Positions 23,195 through 36,620 of a stretch of 64,000 bases of DNA are shown in pieces. The notes under the pieces were generated by a model. That model had not been told where the DNA came from. It worked only from the letters and a program-made list of their open reading frames with translations, and searched no databases. Numbering within the stretch: position 1 is the stretch's first letter; each line of letters opens with the position of its first letter. The DNA comes from Squalus acanthias (Eukaryota): contig JASTWF010000088.1 of the NCBI GenBank assembly GCA_030390025.1, positions 868,001 through 932,000 of the forward strand, written 5' to 3'. The position numbers were made by a program, and so were the translations under genes.

Positions 23195-24355
23195 ATGGGG
23201 GCTGCACTGATTGGGGGCGTCGTCCTGCTCCAGCTGAATCGGAGGATACAGAGACGCAGAGAGAGAGTGGCAATGATGGCCAGACGGAGGAGGGCCATCA
23301 GGCGTATGTACAGGAGAGCTTACCCTCCCAGGGTATATCATGAACAGCTCTCCTACATCCATATGTCCGAGGAGCTGTGTTTGCGAAGGCTGCGATTCAG
23401 CAAGGAGGTGGTCACTGAGCTCTGCCACCTGCTGCAGCCAGATCTGCAGCCTCAACTGAGGTCCACGACGTCTCTGTCGGTGGCAGTGAAGGTCACAGTG
23501 GCTTTGAACTTTTACGCCACTGGCTCATTCCAAGCTGCTGCTGGGGACCTCGCCAATATCTCCCAGTTCGCGGTGCATTGCTGCATCCGGCAGGTCACAA
23601 ATGCCCTCTTCAGAAGGAGACAAGAGTTCATCTCTTTCCCCATGACCCCAGACAAGCAGCGTGACCGCGCTCTGGGCTTTGCGAGGGTAGCGGGCTTCCC
23701 CATGGTGCAGGGCGCCATTGACTGCACGCATGTGGCTTTGCGTGCTCCGCGTGAGAATGCCGAGGAATTCAGGAACAGAAAGGGGTTCTATTCCTTGAAT
23801 GTCCAGTTGGTCTGTGACCACAGACAGCTGATACTCGCTGTCAATGCCCAGTATCCTGGCAGCTGCCACGATGCTTTTATCCTGCGGCAGACTACTGTGG
23901 CAGAACTTTTCGAGGCACCGCATCAGCCAGTTGGTTGGCTTCTCGGGGACAAGGGGTATGCATTGAGCACCTGGCTGATGACACCGCTCCGTACGCCCAA
24001 CACCCCTGCTGAGCTGCGGTACAATGAAAGCCATCAAGCAACCAGGAACATTATTGAGCGCACAATCGGCGTGCTGAAACAACGGTTCCGCTGTCTGGAC
24101 CATTCCGGAGGAGCCCTGCAGTACTCGCCTGAGCGAGTATCGAACTTCGTAGTCGTGTGCTGCATGTTGCATAACATGGCAATCCTCAGGACCCAGCCAA
24201 TGCCACCAGGCCTTGGAGCACCACCAGAGGAGGAGGAGGAAGAGGAGGAAGAGGACGAGGACGATGATCATCAGCAGCACCAAGGCAGGAGGGCGGCCCA
24301 CAATGGTCAAACTGCAAGGGCTGTCCGTCAACGGCTAATAGCAAGCCGCTTCTAG
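23195..24355 (+). CDS. Harbinger DDE transposase (HARBI1-like, ~386 aa), intact
   Basis: GAIDCTHV, LLGDKGY, IERTIGVLKQRF catalytic motifs, acidic C-terminal tail; start at MGAALIGG is inferred (ORF is open from 22862). Confidence 0.93.
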   Translation: MGAALIGGVVLLQLNRRIQRRRERVAMMARRRRAIRRMYRRAYPPRVYHEQLSYIHMSEELCLRRLRFSKEVVTELCHLLQPDLQPQLRSTTSLSVAVKVTVALNFYATGSFQAAAGDLANISQFAVHCCIRQVTNALFRRRQEFISFPMTPDKQRDRALGFARVAGFPMVQGAIDCTHVALRAPRENAEEFRNRKGFYSLNVQLVCDHRQLILAVNAQYPGSCHDAFILRQTTVAELFEAPHQPVGWLLGDKGYALSTWLMTPLRTPNTPAELRYNESHQATRNIIERTIGVLKQRFRCLDHSGGALQYSPERVSNFVVVCCMLHNMAILRTQPMPPGLGAPPEEEEEEEEEDEDDDHQQHQGRRAAHNGQTARAVRQRLIASRF

Positions 24356-24649
24356 GGCCCCTGCCATTGCTACCAACATTAATGAACCCAGCACGCAACC
24401 CCTAAGCCGGCCAAGGCACCAATAATTCCAACCACCAACCATGTATATTTTGAATACAGAAACTTATTTATTTTACAAACTCTGTGTGTGTCAATTCCTC
24501 ATGACAAACTCATAGAAATAAACACAAAAAAACAGTCAATAACATAACTGGTTCTCACAACCTGGAGATAATGTCCAAAACACTAAACAAACGTTGGACC
24601 ATGAACCTCGACCTTTAATAAAAAAATGACCAGCATTTTGTCACACCTC

Positions 24650-26526
24650 CTACTTTTTGCCCTTCGAGGGTGATCTCCTTCCCTTGCGCACTTCCCCCCT
24701 TCTAACCCTACTGCTCCTCCGTAATGGGACCTCAGTGGCTGCAGCAAGGCTGGTGGAAGGCTGCTGCTCGTCAGACCCTGACACTGCAGATGCCCCTGAA
24801 GGACGGCCTCTACCACTTCTGGGCCTGGAGGGCCCGGCTGCAGACTGCACCAACTCTGCATGGGCGGCAGCAGTCTGTCCTACAGGCGGTGGCAAGTGCA
24901 GTGGAGAAGTGACAGTGTTGGCAGCAGGAATGCTGTCATCGTGAGAGAGGACAGCAACTCCCTGCTCGCCCGACACACTGGCACTCCCACGGGGCAGCAC
25001 TTCAGCATCCGGAGCAATCTGCCGGAGAACAGATTGCTGGCCTGCTGCGGCGCGGTGACAGCCCCGGGGACATGTGCACGAACCATCGAGGTTGGCAGCA
25101 GTCTGTGCTCGCGTGGCCTCAATCTGAGTCTGTATGAGAGCAGTCAGAGATGGGATCACGGCAGCCAGTGACTGAATTGCAGCACTAAGCGTTAGTGTGG
25201 CATCCGCCTGTGCTACAGCGAAGTGATCCACACTCCTTGCCAGTGACTCAATGCATTCGGGCACCCTTCCCACTGCACCCATGAGCTCAGTGTGCATGCC
25301 CACCGCCTGGGTGTTCATTTCTGCGATCAGCCGCTCCTCCTCTGCGTCCATTGCAGTAGGAGTGTCTGGCATACTCTCCCTCTGGGGAGAAGGCCCCCGT
25401 TCTTCCCTACCCCCCCCATGGCATTGCTGCTGCCCGCTGGGTCCTGGAGCTTCACCCTCATCAGCCCCTTCCCCCCTGCTCCCCTCCGGGGAAGGCGTGT
25501 TCCCAGTGTGGGCATGGGCTTCCTCGGGAGAGGGTGGCACTGATGCTCTGGCTTCCTCTTCCTCCTCAGCTGCAGCATCACTCCCAGTGGCAGCTTCAGG
25601 GCCCGTCTCCTCAGCTGGTGAATCACCATCTGAAAGCAGGGAGGTACAAGAGTGGCTTTAGCGTGAGGACAGGGTGGCAGTAAGGGAGGAATAAGTGCAG
25701 CGAGTTAGCAAGTTGGATTGAAAGTGTCAAAGGCTGGTGTTGTGAGGGACAAGTGGAAGGACAGAGGACAAAAAGGTGATGACCTTACCATTGCTGTCCA
25801 GAACGAGGTCGGCGTCTCCAGTGGCGACGGGACCGATCACCCGGCTTGCCACAATCCTGTGGACGCGCTCCTCAAGATCGCTGAGGGGTTGCAGCTGAGG
25901 CCGCCCTCCACCTGTCCGTTGCTGCTGTCTCCTATTATGAGCCAGCTTGGCCTGCAAGAAAAAGGACAGCATCTGAGTAAATATACAGCCATGGTCTTGC
26001 CTGATGTGCCTCCCATAGGTGAATAGCCCTTACTGTATGCAGCCATGGTCTTGCCTGATGTGCCTCCCATAGGTGAATAGCCCTTACAATATACAGCCAT
26101 GGTCTTGCCTGATGTGCCTCCCATAGGTGAATAGCCCTTACTGTATGCAAAGTGTGGAATGTGTGTGTGTGTTTGATGAAAGGGCCATAGGTGTTGGATG
26201 AGTGTTGTGCATTGGGGTTTTAAGACCCTCTGGCCATAGAGTGAGGTTGAGATGGAGGGATGGAGAGGTATTGAGAAAAAGCCACTCACCCTGACGACCC
26301 GAGTGAGGTCGTTGAATTTTTTGCGGCATTGAGTATGGGTCCTGGGTACCATGCTCCTGGAGGAGACGCTCTGAGCCACCTCCCTCCACACTCTTCTGAA
26401 CTCGCGTGGCAAAGGCCTCCTGCCACTCTCAGGGAAGAACATACATCGTCTGCGCTCCACTGCGCCAACCAGAGCATCCAAGGCCCGCTCGGTGAAGCGA
26501 TGAGCGCGTTCTCTCACCCTCTCCAT
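24650..26526 (-). CDS. Harbinger Myb/SANT-like DNA-binding protein, 3 exons (26526-26290, 25951-25789, 25629-24650), ~459 aa
   Basis: RFTERALDALV...WREVAQ...RTHTQCRKKFNDL trihelix/Myb motif, RTGGG motif; GT-AG introns of phase 0 and 1 restore one reading frame. Confidence 0.88.
25982..26145 (-). repeat. 54-bp tandem repeat x3 in Myb-gene intron 1
   Basis: Unit TACAGTAAGGGCTATTCACCTATGGGAGGCACATCAGGCAAGACCATGGCTGTA; x2 in copy 2. Confidence 0.9.
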
Positions 26527-26885
26527 GCTTGGCAGCAAAATGGATTCACAGGTCTCTCCAGGCCGAGATTCAAGGCTGCAATGAGCAGGGTGTGGCTGGG
26601 GAGCAAGTGGCCCCCCCTCGCTTTAAGAAGTGGCCGGCGCCAGTGTGTCTGTGTTCCCTCGCTAACTGGCAGCAGCTGCGCTGCGCTCGCGCGCTGAGTT
26701 AGCGCCTCACTCCTTGGCCTTTGCGCCTTAAGACAGGTGTGCAGCACCTGCTTTAGCGCTCCACTCACCTCCCGGGGCGGTAAAAGTGACGTTTCCAGTC
26801 AGTGCCGATAATTAGCGCCAGGCGCTAATATTTGCGTCCAGACGATATTTGCGCCCCAAATGGGGCGCGACCTAATTTCTACCCC

Positions 26886-29800
26886 ATAGAGTCATAGAGT
26901 TATACAGCACAGAAAGAGGCCCTTCGGCCCATCGTGCCCGCACTGGCCATCAAGCCCTGTCTATTCTAATCCCATTTTCCAGCCCTTGGTCCGTAGCCTT
27001 GTATGCTATGGCGTTTCAAGTGCTCATCTAAATGCTTCTTGAATGTTGTGAGGGTTCCTGCCTCTACCACCCTTTCAGGCAGTGAGTTCCAGATTCCAAC
27101 CACCCTCTGGGTTAAAAAGTTTTTCCTCAAATTCCCTCTAAACCTCCTGCCCCTTACCTTGAAACTATGTCCCCTGGTTATTGACCCCTCTACTAAGGGG
27201 AAAAGTTTCTTCTATCTACCCTATCTATGCCCCTCATAATTTTGTACACCTCAATCAGGTCCCTTCTCAGCCTTCTCTGCTCTAAGGAAAACAACCCCGG
27301 CCTGTCCAGTCTCTCTTCATAGCTGAAGCGCTGCAGCCCAGGTAACATCCTGGTGAATCTCCTCTGCACCCTCTCCAATGCAATCACATCCTTCCTATAG
27401 TGTGGCGACCAGAACTGCACACAGTATTCCAGCTGTGGCCTAACTAGCGTTTTGTACAGCTCCATTATAACCTCCCTGCTCTTATATTCTATGCCTCGGC
27501 TAATGAAGGCAAGTGTCCCATATGCCTTTTTAACCACCTTATCTACCTGTCCTGCTGCCTTCAGGGATCTATGTACATGCACACCAAGGTCCCTCTGATC
27601 CTCTGTCCTTCCTAGGGTCCTACCATTCATTGTGTATTCCCTTGCCTTGTTAGTCCTCCCAAAATGCATCACCTCACACTTTTCAGGGTTAAATTCCATT
27701 TGCCAATGTTCTGCCCATCTGACCAACCCATCTATATCATCCTGTAGCCTTAGGCTTCCCTCCTCGCTATTTACCACCCCACCAATTTTCGTGTCATCTG
27801 CGAACTTACTGATCATACCTCCTACATTCATATCTAAATCATTAATGTACACGACAAACAGCAAAGGACCCATCACTGATCCCTGCGGTACACCACTGGA
27901 CACAGGTTTCCAGTCACAAAAACAACCTTCGACCATTACCCTCTGCCTCCTGCCACTAAGCCAATTTTGGATCCAATGTGCCAAGTTGCCCTGGATCCCA
28001 TGGGCTCTTACCTTCTTGACCAGTCTCCCATGCGGGACTTTGTCAAAAGCCTTACTGAAGTCCATGTAGACCACATCAACTGCACTACCCTCATCCACAC
28101 ACCTAGTCACCCCCTCGAAAAATTCAATCAAATTGGTTAGACATGATCTTCCCCTGACAAAGCCATGCTGACTATCCTTGATTAATCTTTGCCTCTCCAA
28201 GTGGAGACTAATTCTGTCCCTCAGAATTTTTTCCAAAAATTTCCCTACAACTGATGTTAGGCTCACTGGCCTGTAATTCCCTGGTTTATCCCTACTACCC
28301 TTCTTGAATAATGGTACTATGTTAGCTGTTCTCCAATCCTCTGGCACCTCCCCTGTGGCCAGAGAGGTTCTGAAAATTTGTGTCAGAGCCCCTGCAATCT
28401 CCTCCCTTGCCTCACATAGCAGCCTGGGATATATCTCGTCTGGGCCTGGGGATTTATCCACTTTTAAGCCCGCTAAAACCGCTAGTACCTCCTCCCTCTC
28501 AATACTAAGTTGTTCAAGTATATCACAATGCCCCTGCCTGATTTCTGTGCCTACATCGTCCTTCTCCATAGTGAACACAGATGCAAAATATTCATTTAAA
28601 ACCCCACCTACATCTTCTGGCTCTACACACAGATTGCCACTTTGGTCCCTAATGGGCCCTACTCTTTCCCTGGTTATCCTCTTGCCCTTAATATACTTAA
28701 AACACCTTGGGATTTTCCTTTATTTTGCCCGCCAGTGTTGTTTCATGCCCCCTCTTCACTCTCCTAATTTCTTTTTTAAGTACCCCCCTGCACTTTCTAT
28801 ACTCCTCTAGGGCTTCCACTGTTTTTAGTCCTTTGTATCTGCCAATAGCCTCCCTTTTTTTCCTAATCCATTCTCGTATATCCCTTGACCTCCAGGGTTC
28901 CCTGGACTTGTTGGTCCCACCCTTGACCTTTACGGGAACATGGTGTCGTTGTACTCTCTCTATTTCCTTTCTGAAAGACTCCCACTGCTCTGATGTGGAT
29001 TTTCCTACAAGTAGCTGATCCCAGTCCACTTTGGCCAGATCCTGCCTTATCATATCAAAATCGGCCTTCCCCCCCAATTTAGAACCTTTATTTCCGGTCC
29101 ATCTTTGTCCTTTTCCATGACTACCTTAAATCTTACTGAATTATGGTCACTGTCACCAAAATGCTCTCCTACTAACACTTCTACCACTTGCCCGGCTACA
29201 TTCTCCAGAATTAGGTCCAGTACCACCCCCTCTCTTGTAGGTCTTTCTACATGCTGGCTCAAAAAGCTCTCCTGGATGCACTTTAAGAATTCCGCACCCT
29301 CTAAGCCTTTCACACTCTGACTATCCCAGTTAATATTGGGGAAGTTGAAATCCCCTACTATTATTTCTACACTTCTCTGAGATTTGCCTACATATCTGTT
29401 CCTCTATCTCCCCCTGATTGTTTGGGGGGCCAATAGTACACTCCCAGCAAAGTGCTTGCCCCTTTTTGTTTTTAAGTTCTACCCATATGGCCTCATTAGA
29501 GGAACCTGCTAAGATATCATCCCTCCTTACAGCAGTAATTGACTCCTTGATTAATATTGCAACACCCCCTCCTCTTTTACACCCTCCTCTGTCTCGCCTG
29601 AAGATTCTATACCCCGGAATATTGAGCTGCCAGTCCTGCCCCTCCCTCAACCATGTCTCTGTGATAGCAACAATATCATACTCCCATGTGTTCATCAACA
29701 CGTTCAATTCATCTGCCTTACTCGCAAGACTCCTTGCATTAAAATAAATGCCATCCAGCCTTGCCATACTCCCTTGTGCCGTTACATATTTGCTCTGCCT

Positions 29801-30970
29801 TCCAGGCTGACTTGATTTTTCTTGTATATTTAGCTGTGCATCACCCCCTACTGTAGCTCCACTCCGTATCCCATCCCCCTGCCAAGTTAGTTTAAACCCC
29901 CCCCCACAACAGCACGAGCAAACCTATCCGCAAGGATGTTGGTCCCGTTCCGGTTCAGGTGCAACCCGTCCGACTTGTACAGGTCCCACCTTCCCCAGAA
30001 GCAGACCCAGTGATCCAGGAAACTAAAGCCCTCCCTCCTGCACCAACTCTTTAGCCACGCATTCATCTGCTCTATCCTCCTATTCCTATACTCACTAGCA
30101 CATGGCACTGGGAGTAATCCAGAGATTACAACCTTTGAGGTCCTGCTTTTTAATCTGCTACCTAGCTCCCTAAATTCTTGTTGCAGGACCTCATCCCTCT
30201 TTCTACCCATGTCGTTGGTACCAATGTGAACCATGACCTCTGACTGTTCGCCCTCCCCTTCAGAATGTCCTGCAGCCGTTCAGTGACATCCTTGACCCTG
30301 GCACCAGGGAGGCAACATACCATCCTGGAGTCACATCTGCGGCCACAGAAACATCTATCTCTTCCCCTTACAATAGAATCCCCTCTCACTATTGCTCTCC
30401 CACTCTTTTTCCTCCCCTCCTGTGCAGCTGAGCCACAAGTAGTGCCACGGATTTGGCTCTTGCTGCATTCCCCTGAGAAACCATCTCCCCCATCAGTATC
30501 CAAAACGGGAGATTGACCCAGGGGACTTCTGCACTACCTTCCTAGTTCTTTTACTCTGTCTGGTGGTCACCCATTCCCTGTCTGCCTGTGCACTCTTTAC
30601 CTGCGGTGCGACCACCTTGTTAAACTTGCTATCCACGATGATCTCAGCTTCGCGGATGCTCCACAGTGACTCCAGCCGCAGCTCCATCTCCGAAACGCGG
30701 ATTTCGAGTAGCTGCAGCTGGAGACACTCCCTGCACATGTGTTTGCCCTGGACACCTAAAGTGTCCCTGACTTCCAACATAACACAGGAGGAGCACTCCA
30801 CGCTGCCGAGCTGCCCTGCCATGTCCTACCCTTAATTTACTCCTTTGAAATTAAAGAATATTAAATACACTAGGGACCTTACTTCCCTTTAAACACTACT
30901 TACTCTAAACTAGAGACCTGACTTTTACTTTAATGACTGGAATGTAGAAATACTGTAGAAATACTCACCA
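26886..30970 (-). mobile_element. Near full-length CR1 LINE (ORF1 Zn-finger plus SGNH esterase; ORF2 APE endonuclease plus RT), frameshifted
   Basis: RT ORF 27193-28578 (FADDTK), endonuclease 29330-29767 (AITETWL), ORF1 pieces 29887-30822 (GDSIVRG, VHIGTND, CxxC). Confidence 0.93.
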
Positions 30971-31779
30971 CTGGTTCTCTGTCCCCTCTATTACCCCCAA
31001 CCCCGTGAGCTCTTATCTTGTGTAGTAACCTTTTATGTGGCACCTTATCGAATGCCTTCTGGAAATCCAATTACACGACATCTACTGGTTCCCCTTTGTC
31101 CAACCTGCTCATTACATCCTCAAAGAACTCCAGCAAATTTGTCAAACATGGTTTCCCTTTCATAAAACCATGCTGACTCTGCTTGACTATATTATGATTT
31201 TCTAAATGTCCTGCTATCACTTCCTTAATGATGGACTCCAGCATTTTCCCAATGACAGATGTTAGGCTAACTGGTCGATAGTTGCCTGCTTTCTGTCTCC
31301 CTCCTTTCTTAAATTTGCGGTTTTTCAGTCCGCTGGGACCTCTCCAGAATCCAGGGAATTTTGGTAGATTACAACCAATGCATCCACTATCTCTGCAGCC
31401 ACCTCTTTTAAGACTCTTGGATGCAGGCCATCGGATCCAGGGGACTTGTCCACCTTTAGTCCCATTAGTTTGCTTAGTACTTTCTCTCTAGTGCTAGTGA
31501 TTGTTTTAAGTTCCCCCCCCCCCAATAACCCCTTGATTATCCATTATTGAGATGCTTTTAGTGTCTTCTACCGTGAAGACCGATACAAAATATTTGTTCA
31601 AGGTCTCCGCCATTTCCCTGTTTCCCATTATTAATTCCCCAGACTCATCCTCTAGGGGACTAACGTTTACTTTAGCTGCTCTCTTCCTTTTTATATACCT
31701 GTAGAAACTCTTACTGTCTGTTTTTATATTTTTTGCTAGCTTACTCTCATAAGCTATCTTCTCTCTCTCTCTATCATTT

Positions 31780-31820
31780 TTGTCCACCCCAGTCCAACTG
31801 GCATCTCCGGATCATGACCA
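31780..31820. mobile_element. Short Penelope-like terminal fragment
   Basis: TTGTCCACCCCAGTCCAACTGGCATCTCCGGATCATG matches 61307-61345; flanked by a CTATCATTTTT duplication. Confidence 0.55.
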
Positions 31821-33969
31821 CTATCATTTTTTTAGTCATCCTTTGCTGCTTTTTAAAAATTTCCCAATCCTCTGGCCTTTCACTATTCTTTGCAACATTG
31901 TATGCTTCTGTTTTCAATTTGATCCCATCCTTTACTTCGTTAGCCACGGATGGTTCATCCTTCTCTTGGAGTCTTTCTTTCTCACTGGAATATATCTTTG
32001 CTGAGAGTTATGAAATATCTCCTCAAATGTTTGCCACTGCTTTTCTACAGTCTTACCCTGTAATATATTTTTCCCAGTCCACATTAACCAAGTCTGCCTT
32101 CATGCCTTTGTAATTACCTTTGTTTAAGTTCAGGACACTAGTTTGAGACCTAGCTTTCTCACCGTCAAGCTGAATTTGAAATTCTACCATGCTATGATCA
32201 CTCTTCCCAAGAGGATCCTTCATTTCGAGATCATTAATTAATCCAGCCTCGTTACACATTACCAGATCTAAAATAGTCTTCTCCCTGGTTGGTTCCACAA
32301 CATATTGTTCCAAGAAACCATCCCGTATACACTCTAAGAACTCTTCCTCAAGTCTACCTTTGCCAATTTGCTTTGTCCAATCAATATGAAGATTAAAATC
32401 TCCCATGATTATAGTCGTACCTTTCGTACAAGCCTCTATTATTTCTTGATTTATTCTCTGTCCTATGGTGTGGCTACTGTTTGGGGGCCTGTAGACCACT
32501 CCCACCTGTGACTTTTTACCCTTATTATTTCTTATCTCCACCCAAACTGATTCTACGTCTTGATCTTCTAGGCCAATATCATTTCTCATTACTGCACTGA
32601 TCTCATCCCTTATTAACAGAGCTACACCACCTCCTTTTCCTTTCTGCCTATCCTTACGAAATGGCAAATACCCCTGAATATTCAGTTCCCAGCCTTGGTC
32701 ACCTTGCAACCACGTCTCTGTTATGGCTATCAGATCATACCCATTTATTTCTATTTGTGCTGTCAACTCATCTATCTTGTTACGAATGCTGCGTGTGTTC
32801 AGATATAGAGCTTTTAATGTTGTCTTTTTACCATTTTTCCCTATTCTGACCCCTCTTTCTGATGCACTCTTGTGTATACGCTCTGTCCCTTCCTGTCACA
32901 CTCTGGTTATCATTACCCCTATCGCTACCCTGCACTTTTGCCTTCTCATTTTTCTTTGACTTTTTACATTTCCACTCAGCGTATCCCTCCCCCCCACTAT
33001 TTAGTTTAAATCCCTATCTACAGCCCTAGTTATTCGATTCGCCAGGACACTGGTCCCAGCCTGGTTCGAATGAAGCCCATCGCGACGGAACAGCTCCCTC
33101 TTATTCCAGTACTGGTGCCAGTGCCCCAGGAATCAAAACCCATTTCTCCCACATCAATCTTTGAGCCACTCGTTCATCTCTCTGATCTTATTTACTCTAT
33201 GCCAATTTGCACGTGGCTCAGGTAGTAATCCAGAGATTATTACCTTTGTGGTTCTGCTTTTTAATTTAGCCCCTAGCTGCTCATACTCCCTCAGCAGAAT
33301 CTCTTTCTTTGTCCTACCTATGTCGTTGGTACCTACATGGACCATGACAACTGAATCTTTCCCCTCCCACTCTAAGTTCCTCTCCAGCCCAGAGATGTTC
33401 CTTTACCCTGGCACCGGGCAGGCAACACAGCCTTCGGGACTCACGCTCTCGGCTGCAGAGAACAGTATCTATCCCCCTAACTATACTGTCCCCTACCACT
33501 ACCACATTTCTTTTTGCTCCCTCCACTTGAATGGCTCCCTGTACCATGATGCTGTGGTCAGTTTGCTCATCCTCACTGCTCTCGCCCACACAGAGAGTAA
33601 GAACCTCATAACTGTTGGACAAGAGCAAGGGCTGAGGCTCCTCCACCACTACCTCCTGGTTCCCCATACCTGCCTCGCTTGTAGTCACACCCACCTGTCC
33701 CTGACCACGGACCAAATTTGAATTAATTAATCTAAATGGTGTGACTGCCTCCTGGAACACCGCGTCCAGGTAACTCTCCCCCTCCCTGATGTGTCGCAGT
33801 GTTTGAAGCTTGGACTCCAGCTCATCAACACGGAGCCGAAGTTCCTCGAGCAACCGACACTTACTGCAAATGTGGTCACCGTGGACCTCAATGGTGTCCA
33901 CCAGCTCCCACATGTTGCAGCAGTAACACATCGCCTGCCCTGCCATCTCTAATGTATTTAATTAACTAA

Positions 33970-34730
33970 GGGGGAAAAATTCAGCTGCTTGCGCCTCCCG
34001 TTAGCGCCTTAAGAGGGCGCTAATGGGGCGTAAAGCAGCTAACGCCCGGGCGCAGCGCCGCCCACGCCTCCCGAAAAATTTAGTGGGAGGTTAGCGGCGG
34101 CGGCAGCCGGTAGCGCCCTGTGGCGCTGCGCCGCCGGCGATGACGTCATCGCCGTGCGCAGCACCCCGCTCGCGCCCCGGCCGTGATCTTCAGTCGCGCC
34201 CCCTGATTTACCGCCAGACGCTATGTCCGACGGGTTCAGGGGGGCGTACGTGCGGCCGGGGCGGCGATATTTAAAGCGGAGGTGGCAGGCGGCCATTTTT
34301 GTTGCTGGCCGCCTGCCAGCACCTGCCCCCGGCCCCCGTGAAGCCCCCCCACCGTGAAGTGCCGGCTGCGCTCCATGAGCCCGGCACTTCTCTTGAGTGC
34401 CGGGCTCTTTTGCCGGCACTCCCGATCCCTGGGGGCCCAGCTGGGCCCCGGTTCGCGCTGCGCAGGGTCCCTCCCCTTTAAGAAGGGGAGGAAGGCCTGC
34501 AATACCACGGCGCGACGTGCCGCAGCGCGTGGCGCTGCGGCACGTAGCGCCAGGACATTCACTCGCAGCGCCCCAAGAGGGATGCGGGCTGCTTCCAGTT
34601 GCGCCCCGCTTCCCTCTTGGGGCGCAACCACTGAAGTTCCGGCGCGGGGCCGCTAATTTTTTCGGGGCGCTAAAAGTCGCGCCCCGGCGAGGTTAGCGCC
34701 CCAAATGGGGCGCCACTCAATTTTTACCCC
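33970..34730. mobile_element. Non-autonomous Harbinger element (MITE, 761 bp)
   Basis: TIRs GGGGGAAAAATT / AATTTTTACCCC, canonical TSD TAA; first ~85 bp nearly identical to the autonomous copies. Confidence 0.9.
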
Positions 34731-35170
34731 TAAGTGTTTAAGTTTTGAATGTTTAGTTTTTAATCCCGGCTCTTAATTTAAACCAATGCCCATAAAAGAG
34801 AGAAATACTGACCAACCAATCAATTCCCTGCTTTCCTGTGACATCACTCCTTGTTTTTGTTGTCAGGTCCGCTGCCTCTGCTCTCGGGCCTTCCTCTGCC
34901 GCGCTGTTTATTTGCTCCGCTCCCACTCAGGTCCTCTGCCTTTTCCCTGTGATGTCACCTTTTATTTTTCCCCGAATGCAGTTGGGGAGTTTCACAGAGC
35001 CGAACTCCTGCTGGTTCTCTGTCCCCTCTCGTGCAGATTTTTAACTCATGCTCTCCTGGAGGCTGACAAAGATAGAAAAAGAAGAAAGGAGCACCTCCCT
35101 CCCCTCCTCTCCGAACTCCCTTACTCACCAAACTCGCACATTTGCACTCTGTTCCAAGCTGCACTTGGGG

Positions 35171-36500
35171 GCCTATAAACTACTCCCACTAGTGTTTTCT
35201 GCCCCTTGTTTCTTAGCTCCACCCAAACTGATTCTACATTTTGTTTTTCTGAGCCAAGATCCTTTCTCTCTCCTATCTTTATCCCCTCCTTTATTATCTG
35301 GGCTACCCCCCCCTCCTCCTTTTCCGTTCTGCCTGTCTCTTCTAAAAGTCAAATATCCTGGAATATTTAGTTCCCAACCTTAGTCACTCTGCAACCACAT
35401 CTCTGTAATGGCTATTAAATCAAACCCATTTATTTCTATCTGTGCTATTAATTCATCTATTTTGTTGTGAATGCTTCGTGCATTCAGATATAGTACCTTT
35501 AGCTTTAACTTTTTTCTATTTTTCCCTGATGTCACTTTAGTCACTGGTGCCCTATGACCTTTATCAATCCCTCTGTCCCTTCCTGACCCACGCTGCTTAT
35601 CTTTACCCAGATCACTACTCTGCTCTACAGCCTTGACATTTCTCTTACTGCTTTTGAATTTACTCTTTTCTGAATCCTCTCACCCCCCTTTCATTAGTTT
35701 ATAGCCCTATCTACAGCCCTAGTTATTCGATTCGCCAGGACACTGGTCCCAGCTCAGTTTAAGTGGAGCTCGTCCCAAAGGAACAGCTCCCTCTTTCCCC
35801 AGTACTGCTGCCAGTGTCCCACGAATCAAAACCCCTTCCTCCCACACCACTCTTTGAGCCACACATTTAACTCTTTAATCTGTCTGTCCCTATGCCAATT
35901 TGCATGTGACTCAGGTAACAATCCAGAGATGATTACCTTTGAGGTTCTGCATTTTAATTTGGCCCCTAGCTGCTCAGACTCCCTCAGCAGAACCTCATTC
36001 GTAGTTCTACCTATGTCGTTGGTTCCTACGTGGACCACGACCACTGGATCCTCCCCCTCCCACTCCAATTTCTTCTCCAGCCGCGAAGAGTTGTCTTTAA
36101 CCCTGGCACCGGGCAGGCAACACAACCTTCGGAACTCCCGGTCGCGGCTGCAGAGAACAGTATCTATCCCCCTGACTATACTGTCCCCTACCACAACTAC
36201 ATTCCTTTTCACTCTCTCTCTCCCCCCACCCCAATTGAATGGCCTCCTGCACCATGGTGCCATGGTCAGTTTGCTCATCCACCTTGCAGTCCTCGTTCTC
36301 ATCCACATAGGTAGCAAGTACCTCATACCTGTTGGTCAAAGACAAGGGCCCAGGCTCCTCCAGCACTACATCCTGGGTCCCCATACCTTCCTGACTCATA
36401 GCCACACCCTCCTGTTCCTGACCATTGACGAACTCTAAAGTACTATTTAACCTAAGGGTGTGACTGCCTCCTGCAACAAAGTGTCCAGGTAACTCTCCCT
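35171..36500 (-). mobile_element. CR1 LINE ORF1/endonuclease fragment
   Basis: ORF 35826-36326 GDSIVRG...VHVGTND esterase motifs. Confidence 0.85.
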
Positions 36501-36620
36501 CCCCAGTTTAAAGAGGTATTTGCCATTCCCTGGGGTCAAGGTCTAATCCCCAGTTTAAAGGGGATGTACCGTTTCCTTCTCACACTGATTTGGCGCTGAT
36601 CTGTTTTACTCTTTTCCCAG

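Larger units (their letters stand above)
22678..26885 (+). mobile_element. Autonomous PIF/Harbinger DNA transposon copy 1 (4208 bp)
   Basis: TIRs GGGGTAAAAATT / AATTTCTACCCC, 3-bp TSD ATA, convergent transposase and Myb/SANT genes. Confidence 0.95.
30971..35170 (-). mobile_element. CR1 LINE 5' half (ORF1, endonuclease, partial RT) with MITE insertion in the 5' UTR
   Basis: ORFs 32053-32766 (AITETWL, MGDFN, SDH) and 33314-33946 (CxxC, GDSIVRG). Confidence 0.88.

Noticed and set aside
23195-24355. Domesticated host HARBI1 gene
   Set aside because: Lies within TIRs and a TSD with a Myb partner, and is present twice, so it is a transposon
34786-35383. Hydrophobic + strand ORFs as candidate TM exons
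   Set aside because: Upstream of alpha3 and antisense to CR1 sequence
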